64,000 nt of DNA from Eledone cirrhosa (GCA_964016885.1 OZ024742.1:116994001-117058000); one strand, 5' to 3'; positions 24,673-38,135 are shown, counted from the first letter of the stretch. Numbers and translations are program-made. The notes: generated by a model from the letters alone, not told the origin.

Positions 24673-25861
24673 TGTTTATATATATATATATTAATGCGAA
24701 GAAATACCTATGATGGCCAGAAGATCACTGATGATGGATAGTCCTGGCTTCTAGCTCTATTTTTTTTATTCATATGTATCACATTCGCAACAACACAGCA
24801 CGCCATTTTTCATTCATATACATATATATAATTATTAAAATAACAGATTAAAGATTAAGCAAAGAATCGCTGCTTTCACCCTTAACGGGATCTTCTGAAA
24901 CTAAAAAAATCAATCTGTGAACGCAGAAGTAAATATTTCGAAAAATGTTGCAACCGAAGGAAGACACGAAGATGATACTTTGGTTCGTGGAGACGTTCCC
25001 TGGCAAAGAACAGAAAAAAACGAACATTACACATCATTATTTGGAACAGTGAGAACAATTACATGCAAAGACAAAACCACGTTCATGGTATAAATGAAGT
25101 CGTAGACTAATATTTTATTTAGGTGGTTCGTGGAGACCGAATGGTTCTCGGCTTCAGAGTTAAGAATAAGGTAAATAAATTACAGAGGTTATTGAAATCA
25201 ACAATAATTAAATATATACATGCACGCATTCATATATGTACATACACATGCATACGCGAAAACACCCACCATGGGTATGCAAATACAAGCACGTACACAA
25301 AAACACGCGCGCACATACAGAACCCACGCAATGCCTGTACCCGCACACATACGAACGAATACACCAAATACACATAAAAATATATATAAAAAAATATATA
25401 TATATATGTGTGTGTGTGCGTGTATATATATAATTATATAAACGTATATAAATATTCATGCATAAATACGTATATAACGCGCGCACACACATACCTACAT
25501 GTAAATACACATATGTTCGCTAAACGTACCTCAATCAAAACACAAAGTATATATATATATATATAAAATGTTCATGAGACATTGATTTGACTAAAAATAC
25601 TTCTTGAAGGCATTCAGTCTCTTATTGATATATATACATATAAGCATCTCCTATTTACAAGATTGTGTGGGCCTTTTGTGTGGGTATCTTTTCTGGGATT
25701 TAATCAATTAGTAATGTCGTGTTTCATCAGAGGTGAAAGGTGCATCCTGCCATTTGGTCTGATGCTGATTGATGAGGCAGTTACAACAACCAAGACACCA
25801 CATATATATTTTCTTTTCTAATTTATGCTTCTTTACATTTTAATCATTAGATTGGCCAGGC

Positions 25862-26065
25862 TTGTAATACAAGCGGCCAAAATGGGGTTCCTCCGAAGGG
25901 TCTTCGGAGTACATTACTTGATAGTGTGTGTGGCTTGGAGATCATAGAGTCACTCCAGGTAGAGCTGCTGCTACTTCAAATTGAGAGATCATAGCTGCAA
26001 TACTATAGGCATATGGTTAGAATGTCTCAGGAAAGAATCGCTGGACAAATTGTATGGGCAAAAAA
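25862..26065 (+). mobile_element. Rex3/Expander-like RTE fragment
   Basis: Homologous to 36590-36790 (-): aaaatggggttcctccgaagggtcttcgg...tctcaggaaagaatcgctggaca. Confidence 0.85.
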
Positions 26066-26076
26066 AGAGGAAAACG

Positions 26077-26105
<29 letters not shown>

Positions 26106-26107
<2 letters not shown>

Positions 26108-26293
26108 ATTGTTTATACTTATGGCACAAGGCCAGCAATTACTCAGTGCAATACTGGTACTTTATTTTATCGACCCCGTAAGGATGAAAGGCAAAGTTAA
26201 CCTTGGCGGGATTTGAACTCAGAATGGCAAGGGCCATAACTCTATACGTCAAAGCATGGCATCTGACCCTCTACCGATACTGCCAATCCACCA
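26106..26293 (-). mobile_element. SINE family A (tRNA head, gcctttcatcc..ggggtcgataaaataaagtacc central domain)
   Basis: Reverse complement of 42453-42646; B box gagttcaaatccc. Confidence 0.92.
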
Positions 26294-27384
26294 TAATGGA
26301 TGGTAAAATGTACTCTGTATACTCTGATAAGTGGTTAGGAAGAGCATCTGCCCCTAGAAACCATGCCAACATTTTGAATACATAATTTAGTCCTTTGACA
26401 TATCTAAGAGAACAATAACTCTAAATTCGAACTGGCCAGAACCATAAAAACGTGTCCAATAGAAAGTAGAAGTATGATGATCATGAGGATGATAAAGATG
26501 GAATATGTACATTTTTATGATTAATATGAAATATACTATGATATATATATTTCTCAGGATAATGTAAGCTATATTTAGGTAAATAGATAGCCTGTATAAC
26601 ATCTCACTATTCAAGGGTTAGTCTGCTTCATAATCCACAGACAGAATGGAGAGGATGTTGCCTTGGTGGGTGGAGAGGGAGACATGCTGGAACAGCCACT
26701 TCAACTTGCGTGGCTTGCTCTTGCAGGTAGCTAACTTCATGCCAAGAATGGCAGAAGACTCAATTGACACAGGCTCGACCATAATTCCAAATATACAATG
26801 CATTTTATCTTTAGCATGAGATATATAATATTTTTTCTACATTATATGTAACATTACATATACTTTTTTACCATTACGGCTTCTGTTATTTTCTTTTAGA
26901 ATTATTTGTGGGGTTTTTTTCTAGAAACTTTTTCAGTTATGTACAGTATGTGTAAATATATTACAGCACTCTGATGAACTCTTTTGTCATCTTATAGCAA
27001 AAGTTTGTTTATTAATTTTTTCAAAGTGGCTAATGTTTCATGTTTGGTTTATTTCTCATTTGTTTAAGTGTTTTTATTATTTCTATTTGAATATTATTCA
27101 TTTTTTGTCTATTTTGTCTACTAATTCATGTATGTATTCATTATCAATAAGATAACCTTGTATATGTAACATCCTTGGTGTATAGTGCACTATTACAGTA
27201 TTTTAACTGTATGAAGATTTGGTAGTTTTACTTGAATAAGTCGATATCTTGTGTATATATATAGGCATTTACATTGTGGATATGGACAATGGGCCAAATA
27301 CACATACATACACAGACATGAATACATCATCAGCATTATCGTTTTATATCTGTTTATATACAGAATAGAAGTAACTGCGCAAAT

Positions 27385-27645
27385 AAGTGGTCGTGGAGCA
27401 GTCGTGACAAAAAAAGTACCCAGCCCACACTGTAAAGTGGTCGTGTAGGCGCCACGGTAAAAAAGCACCCTCTACTCACTGTAAATGAGGTTGGTGTTAA
27501 GAAGGGCATCTAGCTGTAGAAATCAAGCCAAATCCCATATGAGCAAGACAAGGTCACCCAACCTGCCATTGCCCACAACAGGACAATCCATCTAACCCAT
27601 GCTAGTGTGGAAGAATGGACGTAAAATAGTGATGATGATGATGAC
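27385..27645 (+). mobile_element. 3' part of SINE family B, long tail variant
   Basis: Tandem 45-bp units, gttggtgttaagaagggcatctagctgtagaaa, (GAT)n. Confidence 0.88.
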
Positions 27646-28764
27646 ATGTAAACATGAAAAATGTGTGTATTTCCTTGTAAATTGAAAAACTGATAAATAC
27701 TTTGAATCAATTTTCATATCTCGTTGTTTTCCTCATCAGCAGGTATGTATACAATTTAAGCAACCACAAGAAGATACATAGCTGAGGAGCTTAGATTTCC
27801 CATCACTTATAGTAGTATCCTGAAATGTATGTACTAATTGGCATATTATTATTGTTTATGCTGGTTGTTAATTAAGATATAAAGTTGTGAACTAAACAGC
27901 CAAAATACATGACGATTATATCTGTATATATAGAATAGTGGTAACTTAGACTGCATTTGTATATAGATTTAGACATTTTTATTATATAGACATATGAGTT
28001 TATTTCTTGAACGCAACGCAAGCTCTTCTCCCATGAAACAACCTGAGAATTTTGTGATAATAATAATAATAGAGTAAAGTTCCTTTGAGAGAGTCACATA
28101 CAATTCTATATGCTTTATTAATCTACATGTGAAAACAAAAACTGACAAATTGTATTTTCACTTGAATTTCAATAGAAATAAGATGGAATTACACAAATTA
28201 CTGGAATGTGTACATCTCCCATGGTGATAAATCATTAAATCAGTAGAAATATTTTTTAATAATATACTTGCAATGCATTTAGCAGAGACCACATTATGTA
28301 TATTGGGGCCTTTAGCACAAACAAGTGAAATGAAAAGAAATAAGACAAAGAAACACAGAGAAACATTAACATGGTCTGTCCATGAAAAGTATTACATTAA
28401 TTTTCCAGAACATTCAATTTGGAATATGTATTCTTCACAAATGTGAAGGAGACAATACAATTTTGAAATGCTGAGTCTTATTTTTTAAGGAAAACACTCT
28501 GAATACTGATTATTATTCTAAGTTTGGATTTAAAATCTACAAATGTCCTCCAGAACATATCACAATTATTCAAGTGAAACCTTTTTAGTGTGATAAAGTA
28601 ACTTAATTTTACAGATCTTTCTAATCAATTTTAGAAGGACTTAAAATGCAACTTAAGTGTTTGTAACAGCAAAAATATTTTTTATACTTTTGAACAATTG
28701 TAAAAACCTGTATAATATAGCTAAGTCTAAATACTACAAATTCTTATCTGATATTATTACCAGC

Positions 28765-28856
28765 TTTGACTTTCATCCTTTCGGGGTCGATAAAATAAAG
28801 TACCAGTAATGTACTGGGTAATTGCTGGCCTTGTGCCAAAAGTAGAAACAATTATT
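28765..28856 (+). mobile_element. 5'-truncated SINE family A
   Basis: ctttcatcctttcggggtcgataaaataaagtaccag...gtagaaacaattatt. Confidence 0.9.
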
Positions 28857-29619
28857 ACCAACGACTATATAACATGAACAGTTTTTAATTATACATGACA
28901 TAAAAGCAGAAGTAATAATGATCGTTGACATTAGAAATATTGTTGAGACCCTGGCTTTGTAAAACTCATTTATCACCTTTTGAAGGTTACAATCCTAATT
29001 TCGTGAAAAAAAACCTTCAACAAAACTCATTAACCCTACAAAAATTCAAACAATTTTTAGATAAGATAAAAAAAAATTAAGCTTTCATCCCCTTTATCCC
29101 TTTGGGAAAATACTAATTCTACAATCAATTGGTTTTATTCAATACCTAATAGTCAATACCAAAGATTTTCACAGTTTGACATTTGTGATTATTACTCTTT
29201 GATTACCAAACCAATTTTAATGGATGTTTACAATTTTGCTAAGAATTTTATATTAATTAGTACATCAGAAATAAACATAATTTTACACACAAGAAAATCT
29301 AATCTGAAATCTAGTCTTAATTTTTTAAAAATGTCTATAATGTTTTTTTCAATGTTAGTATGGGAGCTAATGATTTGGTGAAAAATCATGATATTGTAGG
29401 ATTATAAATCCTAAGTTTATTATATGCTAAGTTTTCCTCTATTCTCAGTGGTTTCTACAGAAATGAAGGTTTATCATTTTTTTAATTCTTTTTATTGTGA
29501 AATAACTGAAATGAATTTCATAACCTCTAATGTCAAAAGGCCAAGAGTATTCTTAGCTCTATCATGGGTATGAAAACAACCTTTGTTTTAGTGCCACAAT
29601 AAAATGAACCCATCAAAAG

Positions 29620-29880
29620 TGTCTCATTTTCACTATTACTATTTCTCATTGCACTTATGCCTATAACACTGACACTTAGAACAGTTAAAAGGGGTTACCA
29701 ATGTGGAAAGAAGGAACTATTCATAAACCATCTTCTGTTTGTGGATGACACAAAACTGTTTGAGAAGTTTAAAAACTAGATGGATTCATTGGGTAAAACA
29801 GTCCAGATACAGAGCAGTGACATCGGTATGGAATTTGAGATTTCCAAATGCTCTGTGCTTAATATGAAAAGAGTGAAAAG
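29620..29880 (+). mobile_element. R4/Dong-like (RLE-type) non-LTR RT fragment
   Basis: Hand translation LIALMPITLTLR...GY...INHLLFVDDTKLF...DIGMEFEISKCSVLNMKR, typical of R4-clade RT motifs 4-6. Confidence 0.8.
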
Positions 29881-30510
29881 CTCTTAAAATGTAGCCTCCC
29901 TCCCCACTCTTAACATTACTTTCCCCAGCCTAGCAGTAGACACAATGTGTGCTCTAGTGTTGTAAATGGGGCAGTGCTGGTGCCACAACAAAATATGCCT
30001 AGCACACTCTGTATAAGTCTATTGCTGGTACTATGATAATACACATTCAATCCACTCTGGAAATTTGTAGTTTTGATCCATTCTCTAAGCTTCTACTACT
30101 GTTGTCATGATAAAATGTTGATAGTACATGGTGTAATGTAGTTGTTAATAGGTTGAATATATGAGCAACATGCTATCATAAGGCTGATCAGACCTCAGAC
30201 TATGTTGACCCATCTAAAGAATGAAAGCTTGTAATATAGACATTAAACAGTGATGATATATATGTGTTTATATATATATATGTACGCATGTGTGTGTGTG
30301 TGGTGTGCAGTGTTATAAACTAAATAAGCTATAGCTTAGGGCCACTCACTCAGGTTTTAATTTTTTTACCTGGACATTTCTAAAGAAGGGCCTTAAATTT
30401 CATTTACCTTAGGTAAATGTATGTATGTGTGTGTGATAGAATAGAAGTAACCATAGTGTAGATAAATTTACACGTTTTTAGCAAACAAATGTAAGTATGC
30501 AAAATATTTG

Positions 30511-30846
30511 ATCATCATCATCATTTTACGTCCGCTTTTCCCTGCTTGCAAGGGTGGGACGGGAACTGATTCTGGCTCGATTTCTACGGCTGGATGCCCT
30601 TCCTAACACCAACCTCATTTACAGTGAGTGCTGGGTGCTTTTTTGCCATGGCACCTCCATGACCACTTTGCAGTGGAATGATATGGACCCCAGTCCCTAT
30701 CATCTCATTTCTACAGCTGAGTAAACTGGAGCAATGTGAAATAAAGTGTCTTGCTCAAGGAAACAACACATTACCCGGTCTGAGAATTGAACTCACAACC
30801 TTTCGATTGCAAGGCCAATGCTGTAACCACTAAGCCATGTGCCTTC
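30511..30846 (-). mobile_element. Full-length SINE family B
   Basis: Reverse complement of 32318-32661. Confidence 0.95.
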
Positions 30847-30944
30847 TTTTAATTTACAGAAATATAAGTATATTTGACATGTTTACATGTCATATATATC
30901 CATATAAAACATGGAGAATGAGATATCAATTTAACATGTTGTCA

Positions 30945-31340
30945 TTTATCATCATTTTTATGTCCATTTCTCCATGATTGCATGGGTTGGACATGTCCAT
31001 TTCAGCATGGTATCTCTCCATTCCTCATGATCCTTTGCCATCTCCTCTGTGAGTCTGTGAGCCTCAGAGATTTGAGATCAGCTCTCACTATTTCTGCCTG
31101 GATCTTCCTTCCACTGGGATTTCATGGCACCTCTTCACCCAATAATTATCGTCCATGTACATGACATGTCCATATCAATACAGTCTTCTCTTTTGCATAC
31201 CACTTTGGATTCCTCTTAAATCTAGTTTCACCCTCAGTCCATCCAACTTCTGCCTTTCTCTCACATTTACATTGCACATCCAATGAAGCATGCTTGGTTC
31301 ATTTCTCTCAGCTTACTCATCTTCTGCAATCATGCCACAC
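30945..31340 (-). mobile_element. Old RTE 3' fragment
   Basis: Degenerate MLHWMCN and RRLY.YGHV region plus catgggttggac tail; a similar relic lies at about 46075-46450. Confidence 0.7.
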
Positions 31341-32220
31341 AGCATCACACAATATATATATATTTGTAGGTAATCAACGCCATAGGAATTATATTCATTA
31401 TGGCCCCGACTGCTCACATTACATGGTCAATGAGACAAGATTTGAACGTGAGGCCATGTATATATATATAGATATATTTTTTTCACGTATGTATATTTGC
31501 TATTAAAAGCTTAGCTGTAGAACAAAGAATCCCAGTAATAAATATGTGTTGCTTTTTTTACTTGTGGAAAATCAGAAACAATTTATGATTGGCATTCAAT
31601 AAACCAATGGCACTTTGATGAGAAGATAAACTGTCATTTATTCTTATCTTTAAAGAAATTTTTGCATTGAAATTCTGAAAAATTATTCTCAGAAGATTAA
31701 ATGGTCTTACTTTGTTTTGGTTTCTCCTGGCATATGTTTTCATTCTAATATACAATCTTCAGAATTTAAAGAAAACATTTAAAACACAAAATGAATGTTA
31801 TTGTGTTTAAATCACATTCTCATTAAATTAATCCTTATGTATTTTTTTGTTTTTGTTTTTCTTTTGAAATGATATGGAAACTCTTGACAGTTTTTTTTTT
31901 TTATACATATTTGGAGAAGGTAAACCAAATTGTAACAGTAATTTAGATGCAAAATTTATCAATAGTACTTAGAAATAGATTATTCTCTTTTTGTGTTTCA
32001 TTAGCTTTGATATGATACAGCTTATGACTTTGCTTGGGGTTTGCAGAGATTTAAATATAGCTTTATTATAGCCACATGCCAATCCATATTTATTAGCCAT
32101 ACTAAATGTTGTGAGGTGTATTGGTTATATAGATTGTAAATAAATATTACTGCTTACTTTAAACAGTGTTGATATTATGAACTGACATAGAGACAGGCAC
32201 ACATACACTATATCACTATA

Positions 32221-32902
32221 TCCCGCTCTTGCAACTGCTGGACTTTCAAAACAGGGAAGAATATATAGTTTTCTCAGCTGTGTAAATGAGGTGATTAATC
32301 TCATTTGTATATATAGTGGAGGCACATGGCTTAGTGGTTAGAGCATTGGCCTTGCAATCGAAAGGTTGTGAGTTCAATTCTCAGACAGGGTGATGTGTTG
32401 TTTCCTTGAGCAAGACACTTTATTTCATGTTGCTCCAGTTTACTCAGCTGTAGAAATGAAATTATAGGGACTGGGATCCCTATCATTCCACTGTAAAGTG
32501 GTCATGGAGGTGCCATGGCAAAAAAGCACCCAGCACTCACTGTAAATGAGGTTGGTGTTAGGAAGGGCATCCAGCTGTAGAAATCAAGCCAGAATCAGTT
32601 CCCATCCCACCCTTGCAAGCAGAGAAAAGTGGACGTAAAATGAAATGATGATGATGATGATATGAAGCTGTATATGTTGGTTCAACTTAGAATAGAATAG
32701 AATTAGAATTTAGCTGTATACAGATATGTATTGGAATTTCACATTTCTAAATAAATACAATATATTTAGAAATAAACATTTAGAAAGCTGTAGCTATGCC
32801 AAAACACCAGCAGCTAACGCCACCTCAAACAACTCATTTACACAGACGAGAAAATTATATATTCTCACCTGTTTTCAAAGTCCAGCAGTTGCAAGAGTGG
32901 GA
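32221..32902. repeat. 70-bp inverted repeat pair enclosing a SINE, with an adjacent hammerhead-like motif
   Basis: 32221-32290 vs 32833-32902; both ORF-track translations share SFTQ.RKLYIL.CF.SPAVAR.G on opposite strands. Confidence 0.85.
32318..32661 (+). mobile_element. Full-length SINE family B
   Basis: A box tggcttagtgg (32327-32337), B box gagttcaattc (32370-32380), CORE-like ccttgagcaagacactttatttca, RTE-type tail and (GAT)n. Confidence 0.95.
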
Positions 32903-32908
32903 GGGATT

Positions 32909-32944
32909 ATCCTGATGAGAACCAGTTCAGTTCGAAATATTGGT
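32909..32944 (+). ncRNA. Minimal type I hammerhead-ribozyme motif
   Basis: atc CTGATGA gaac cagttca gttc GAAA ta TT ggt; perfect 4-bp stem II, palindromic stem III. Confidence 0.55.
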
Positions 32945-35676
32945 TGCTCCGAGATGGTAGAATGAACTAGTCTCTAAAGTACTACACATTGTGATTGAAC
33001 CTGATTACTAGATGTGATCAAACTTTTAATCCCATAGCCATACCTAAAAACAGGAAATACAGTTGTATTGAGCATTAAAGTTCTTTTTTCATGTTTGTCA
33101 AATGGTGAGAAGATGAAAACCAGTGCTCATAATCCTTTCAAAAATTAGCAGGAGTATTGGCAGAAAACACATCCACACATACACATATATTCATCATCAT
33201 CATCATACGTCTGCTTTTCCCTGCTTGCAAGGGTGGGACATATATTATATATATATCTGTATGTGGTTGACGACAGTGTTTTTGTCTGATGACTCTGAGA
33301 TAAACAGGTGACACTCCAGAGTAACAAGACTCACATTTTAGCCTTAATAATAATGAATACACACACACATACACACATACACACACACGTGTGTGTCTGT
33401 GTGAGTCCTGGGATCAATCAGCGTAACCAGTTACATTAGTAGAGTGTAAACATTAAGTTTAATATAGAAATGGTTTCTACAGGACTAGAACTGTTTCAAT
33501 CATTATGTATATTGGGCTTCCTCCAGAGCATCTCACCTGAGGAAGGAGCCCCATAAAGTAGAGTAGCTGATGCAGTGAGTGTTACTGGCTGTTCTCCACA
33601 ATAATGCCTTTACCATTTTATCTGCTGGGTGCAGCTGAGGCATACTACTTAGACTGGGGTGTAAAGTTTACCAATCACTTTCTGATACTTTCACTGTATA
33701 TTTTTTCTCTTTTTTTTTATTATTATATGTAAAAATTATATAAGCCAGTTGCTGAGGCTTCATCTGAAAGAAAACTGAAATCAACTGAATAGAAGAAAAT
33801 ACCTGATCCTAAAGAGAATTGTTAGTCTTTGTAAGGCTGTTTAGTTTCAAGAAAATTATATATGCAATGTTGGTATTGGAGATCATCAAGTATTGTGGGT
33901 TCTATTATTTGTTGAGGTGGAGGATTCTAGTTGTGTTGTACATGATTAAAGAAGGCAAGCTTCCAATCTGCTTCTTTCATATGTGTAGTTATTGTATCTT
34001 GAAGTTGTTATGACTCCATTGAAAGAGGCTTTTCAGCTGTTTTTAAACCTGGAGAGATGGGCTCAGCCACGTTTAAAAAATTCTCAATATATCTCGTATG
34101 TTACTATGGTGCCTTTACAACTCGACCAAGAGTTTCGGGTACTTGTATATATCTGCTCTGAAGTGTGTATTATTGTTCTTTAACTCCAGGTCAACCTTAA
34201 TTCAGAATACCTATTAGCAAAGGCATTCCAGGTGTAAATAACCCATTATTTTCAAGATATATATAGCTACTTCTTTAAAGAATACAGGGTTGATTTGAGG
34301 GACAGTTGGCTATTATTTTTAGCCTAATATGTGACTAAGTAAAAGTTGCATACTTGGCTTGCAGGAGTGTGAGTTGTAAAAATGGAATTAATAGTAAAGC
34401 AAACTTCTTAGCCATTAGGCTATGCCTGCATGTATGGTATCCCAATATCCTATGATACACACAATGCATACACACAATACAATAAACACAATGCAGTAGA
34501 GATCTAGGAGAATGGTATTATCACTAGCTAGTACATGCCATTTCCAAATTAAATGCAACAGCATGATGCTAACTTTATAATATAATCCAAGTGACAAAAA
34601 TGAAGTTATACAGACTCTTAGGCAGCATCATCAAGATTGCATTTGAACTAATAATGACCAAATCATTATATTGTGAACATAGTAAATTGTATCAGAGTGA
34701 ATATTGCCAAGTCCTAAATGTCATTATTTGTAGTAGTTGTTTAGCTCTGAATTAACTGTAATCAAGCAAACATATGGTTAAAAACATCTCAACCCTCATC
34801 ATTTCTTTCTTTCATTTTTTTTTGTTTTCTATTTGTTGAGACATAGAGAATCTAGTTCTATATTATCCACTGTGTACTATTTATCTTTAAGATGGTAGTG
34901 TGTGATATGATGGAGATTTAGTTGATATTACAAGCAAGTTGACCAATCATATAGTCTTCCATGTTGACTGATTAGGTTTGACTATCTCTATTATAGTACA
35001 ATAGCATTAAGACATGTTTAAGTGGGATAACAATCAATAATTGTCAAAAACATTTTTATGATTAATTCTTTAATTCTTCAAAGGCTATCAATTTCTATTG
35101 AATACACAGCAGTAAGATATATATATATATTCCACTTTAGACAACCTAAAAACTAAATTTAAAGATATAATGATTTAGAAGCTTTTACAACTTTGAAAAT
35201 TCTTTCCTATTATATGATTGATTGCCATTGATCATAACAGATTGCTGTTTTGTTTTAATATATCAAAATTAAGAATATGAACTCTCAACATTTATATGGC
35301 ATACTAGCATAGAGAATTCAATTGTTCAAGCAAAAGATTTATGTTTCATATTTATAATAATTACTGTAAGAAAATTAATGGCTGACATTCTTCAACATAA
35401 GGTCTTATGTTCTTAGTGTATGATTTGTTAAAACTGAATAAATAAATTGCTGTCATTTATGACTGCACTGCCATAAAAGATCAACAAATGTTTCACTGGT
35501 GGTTATCATTAACTTAGAAGAAAGCATTAAAAAATTATTTATATTTTACTTATTTCATTACATGTAACAATATACGTTTCCAGTTTCAATTTATTTATTT
35601 ATTCATTTAAGTTTAGTCAAACTGTTAAGTTGGCACTATATTTATAATTCCATCTCAAAATAAATCTGTATGAAAA

Positions 35677-35710
<34 letters not shown>

Positions 35711-35854
35711 TATAAGGCTGTTTACCAATGAGTAGAACATGCAGCTTGGATTGGTAAACGATGATACAACAAATTAATTAAAGCACTCAACGTTATGCAA
35801 ATCATCCATCATGATGTGATATCTAGTAGCTGGTGCAGGAATGGAGTAAAGTAT

Positions 35855-36058
35855 ACATTAAAATAACAACAGAAGGTCGAACTGGACAATTTACTAAGGA
35901 ATTTTAATTCTGCAAGAACTTTTATCGATATAACACAATATTAGCAGGCCATCCTCAAATCAAATGATAATGCTGGGTCATTGTAATATGTATAGTGCTT
36001 TTGCGGAATTAAAATTCTAAAGTAAATTTTCCAGTCCAGCCTTTTGTTGTTTTAATGT
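35855..36058. repeat. Degenerate fold-back (about 60-bp arms) between (TA)n tracts
   Basis: acattaaaataacaacagaagg...gaattttaattctgc vs gcggaattaaaattc...ccttttgttgttttaatgt. Confidence 0.75.
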
Positions 36059-36063
36059 GTGTG

Positions 36064-36132
<69 letters not shown>

Positions 36133-36425
36133 ATATACTACAAATATTTAGATGCATACAATTAATATTTAGATTAGAAAAAAACATGTAGTTCTTCAGG
36201 TGAGATGCCGTATTTGAAAAATACAGTCATCATGCGGAATAGCAAGTAACAAAGAAAACAAAAAGTCAAAGTGAGAAAGAAAGGAGGTAATTACTGGTTC
36301 TACATTAGTTTCATATTTCCCTTCAGAAAACCATTTGAAAAATATACACAAATTATATGCTTGTAGACCTGGACATATATATATATATAAGAACATGTAC
36401 CGCCCCCTATACATATATATATATA

Positions 36426-37622
36426 TCTTCTTCGTTGCCCACTTATTCCTAAGAGGGCCATGGGAGCAGAGACCTCAAACACTCCTTCCAGGAGGTCCTA
36501 TCAGAAGCAACAATTTCTAACTGAGCCAGCAAAGCTCATGGATGTTATCCAACCGTATTGCTCGGTGTCTACCCTGGGTCTCCTCTCGGTTGGTTTTGCC
36601 CATAAAATCTGTCCAGCGATTCTTTCCTGAGATATTCTAACCACATAGTATTGGAGCTGTGATCTCTCAATTCGGAGAAGTAGTGGCTTGACCTGGAGTG
36701 ACTCCCTGATCTCTGAGCTATGCACTCTATTGAGTAACATTACCCCAAAGACCCTTCGGAGTAACCCCATTTTGGTCACTTGTATTTGTGATCATATTCT
36801 TTCAGTCATTACCAAAGATTCATGACCATAGGTAAGGGCCAGCATGTATACCGAATTGAAGATAGTATGTTTGACATTTACACCTACCTCCCTTCTTCTG
36901 ATTACTGAATTCTGAAGCTGGTGCATTACCACACCAGCTCCTGCAATTTTTTAGCTTAATTCAGCCTCCTGTCTTCCATCATTCGTAAACACAACCCTGA
37001 GATATGTGAACTACTCCACCTGCTTTCGTGAAACTCCATTCACATGTAGAGCGCACCGTGCAGGCTTCCTTGAGAGGACCAGTGTTTCTGTTTTTGCAGC
37101 ACTGATTTTCATTCCAACCATACAGCACTTGGCATGAAACCTATCAAATGCAAGATGGAGATCGCCTTCTGTCGAATTAACACCCTGTCATCTGCAAATA
37201 CTAGCCAACTGATTTTACTTTGTCAGTCGTGATACTACTTCCAGCCTGGTTGTGCATGTTAATCCTCTTCATGAAAATAATGAATAGGAGAGGTGACAGT
37301 ATGCACCCTTGCCAGAGTCCAACTCCCATATTGAGTGGCTTTGATTTAGCACCATTTATCTGAACAAAATTACTTGCGCATTCATAGAGAGACATCAGAG
37401 CAACAAGAAGCTGACCATTGACCCCATACTCCTGCAAAACCATCCACAGCAGATCACGAGGAATGTGATCATATGCCTTTTTGAGGTCTATAAAACAAGA
37501 ATATACCTCTTTGCAATGCTCCCATTATTTTTCGAAGCCCTGCTGCAGTGTGAATATTTGGTCGGTTGCGCTGCGTCCAGAGCAAAAACTACACTGTTCA
37601 TTAGCTAGCTTGGAATCAACAA
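36426..37622 (-). mobile_element. 5'-truncated Rex3/Expander-like RTE LINE inserted in (TA)n
   Basis: ORFs 37201..37443 (LQEYGVNGQLL...GLWQGCILSPLLFIIFM) and 36501..36779 (LLLRIERSQLQ); gaagaag tail; TA repeats on both sides. Confidence 0.92.
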
Positions 37623-37959
37623 TATATATGTATATATATCAATATATGAACAACACAAATATATACATTCACATGCAGATACTGGGCTTTATATGGGTAG
37701 AAGCTAATATTGAGTATAAACTCATGCTAGCGTGGAAGATAGACGTTAAACGATGATGATGATGAGGAAAACAAAGTTGTGAGATAAATATGTGAAAGCT
37801 TTATAGTTAATGCTTAATCATGCATGCATTCACAGAAACAATTATTTTCCAAACGTGTGTGGTTTTGTGTTCAAGAAATAGATGTGCAGTGAGGATAAGA
37901 CCATATTCAGTCAATGACTAATATTATTCTAAGTATAACAATGACTAACATTATTCTAA

Positions 37960-38135
37960 GTATCGGTAGAGGGTCAGTTGCCATGCTTTGATGCATAGAG
38001 TTACGGCCCTTGCCATTCTGAGTTCAAATCCCGCCGAGGTTAACTTTGCCTTTCATCCTTACGGGGTCGATAAAATAAAGTACCAGTAATGTACTAGGTA
38101 ATTGCTGGCCTTGTGCCAATAGCAGAAACAATTAT
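37960..38135 (+). mobile_element. SINE family A, slightly 5'-truncated, with TSD
   Basis: TSD attattctaagtat at 37950-37963 and 38131-38144. Confidence 0.92.

Noticed and set aside
25700-25790. catcaga/tctgatg stem with ctgatgaaac as a hammerhead
   Set aside because: Core elements overlap and are not in a workable order
32318-32395. tRNA gene (GCA anticodon-like loop)
   Set aside because: Acceptor and anticodon stems do not pair properly and it continues into a SINE body; it is a SINE head
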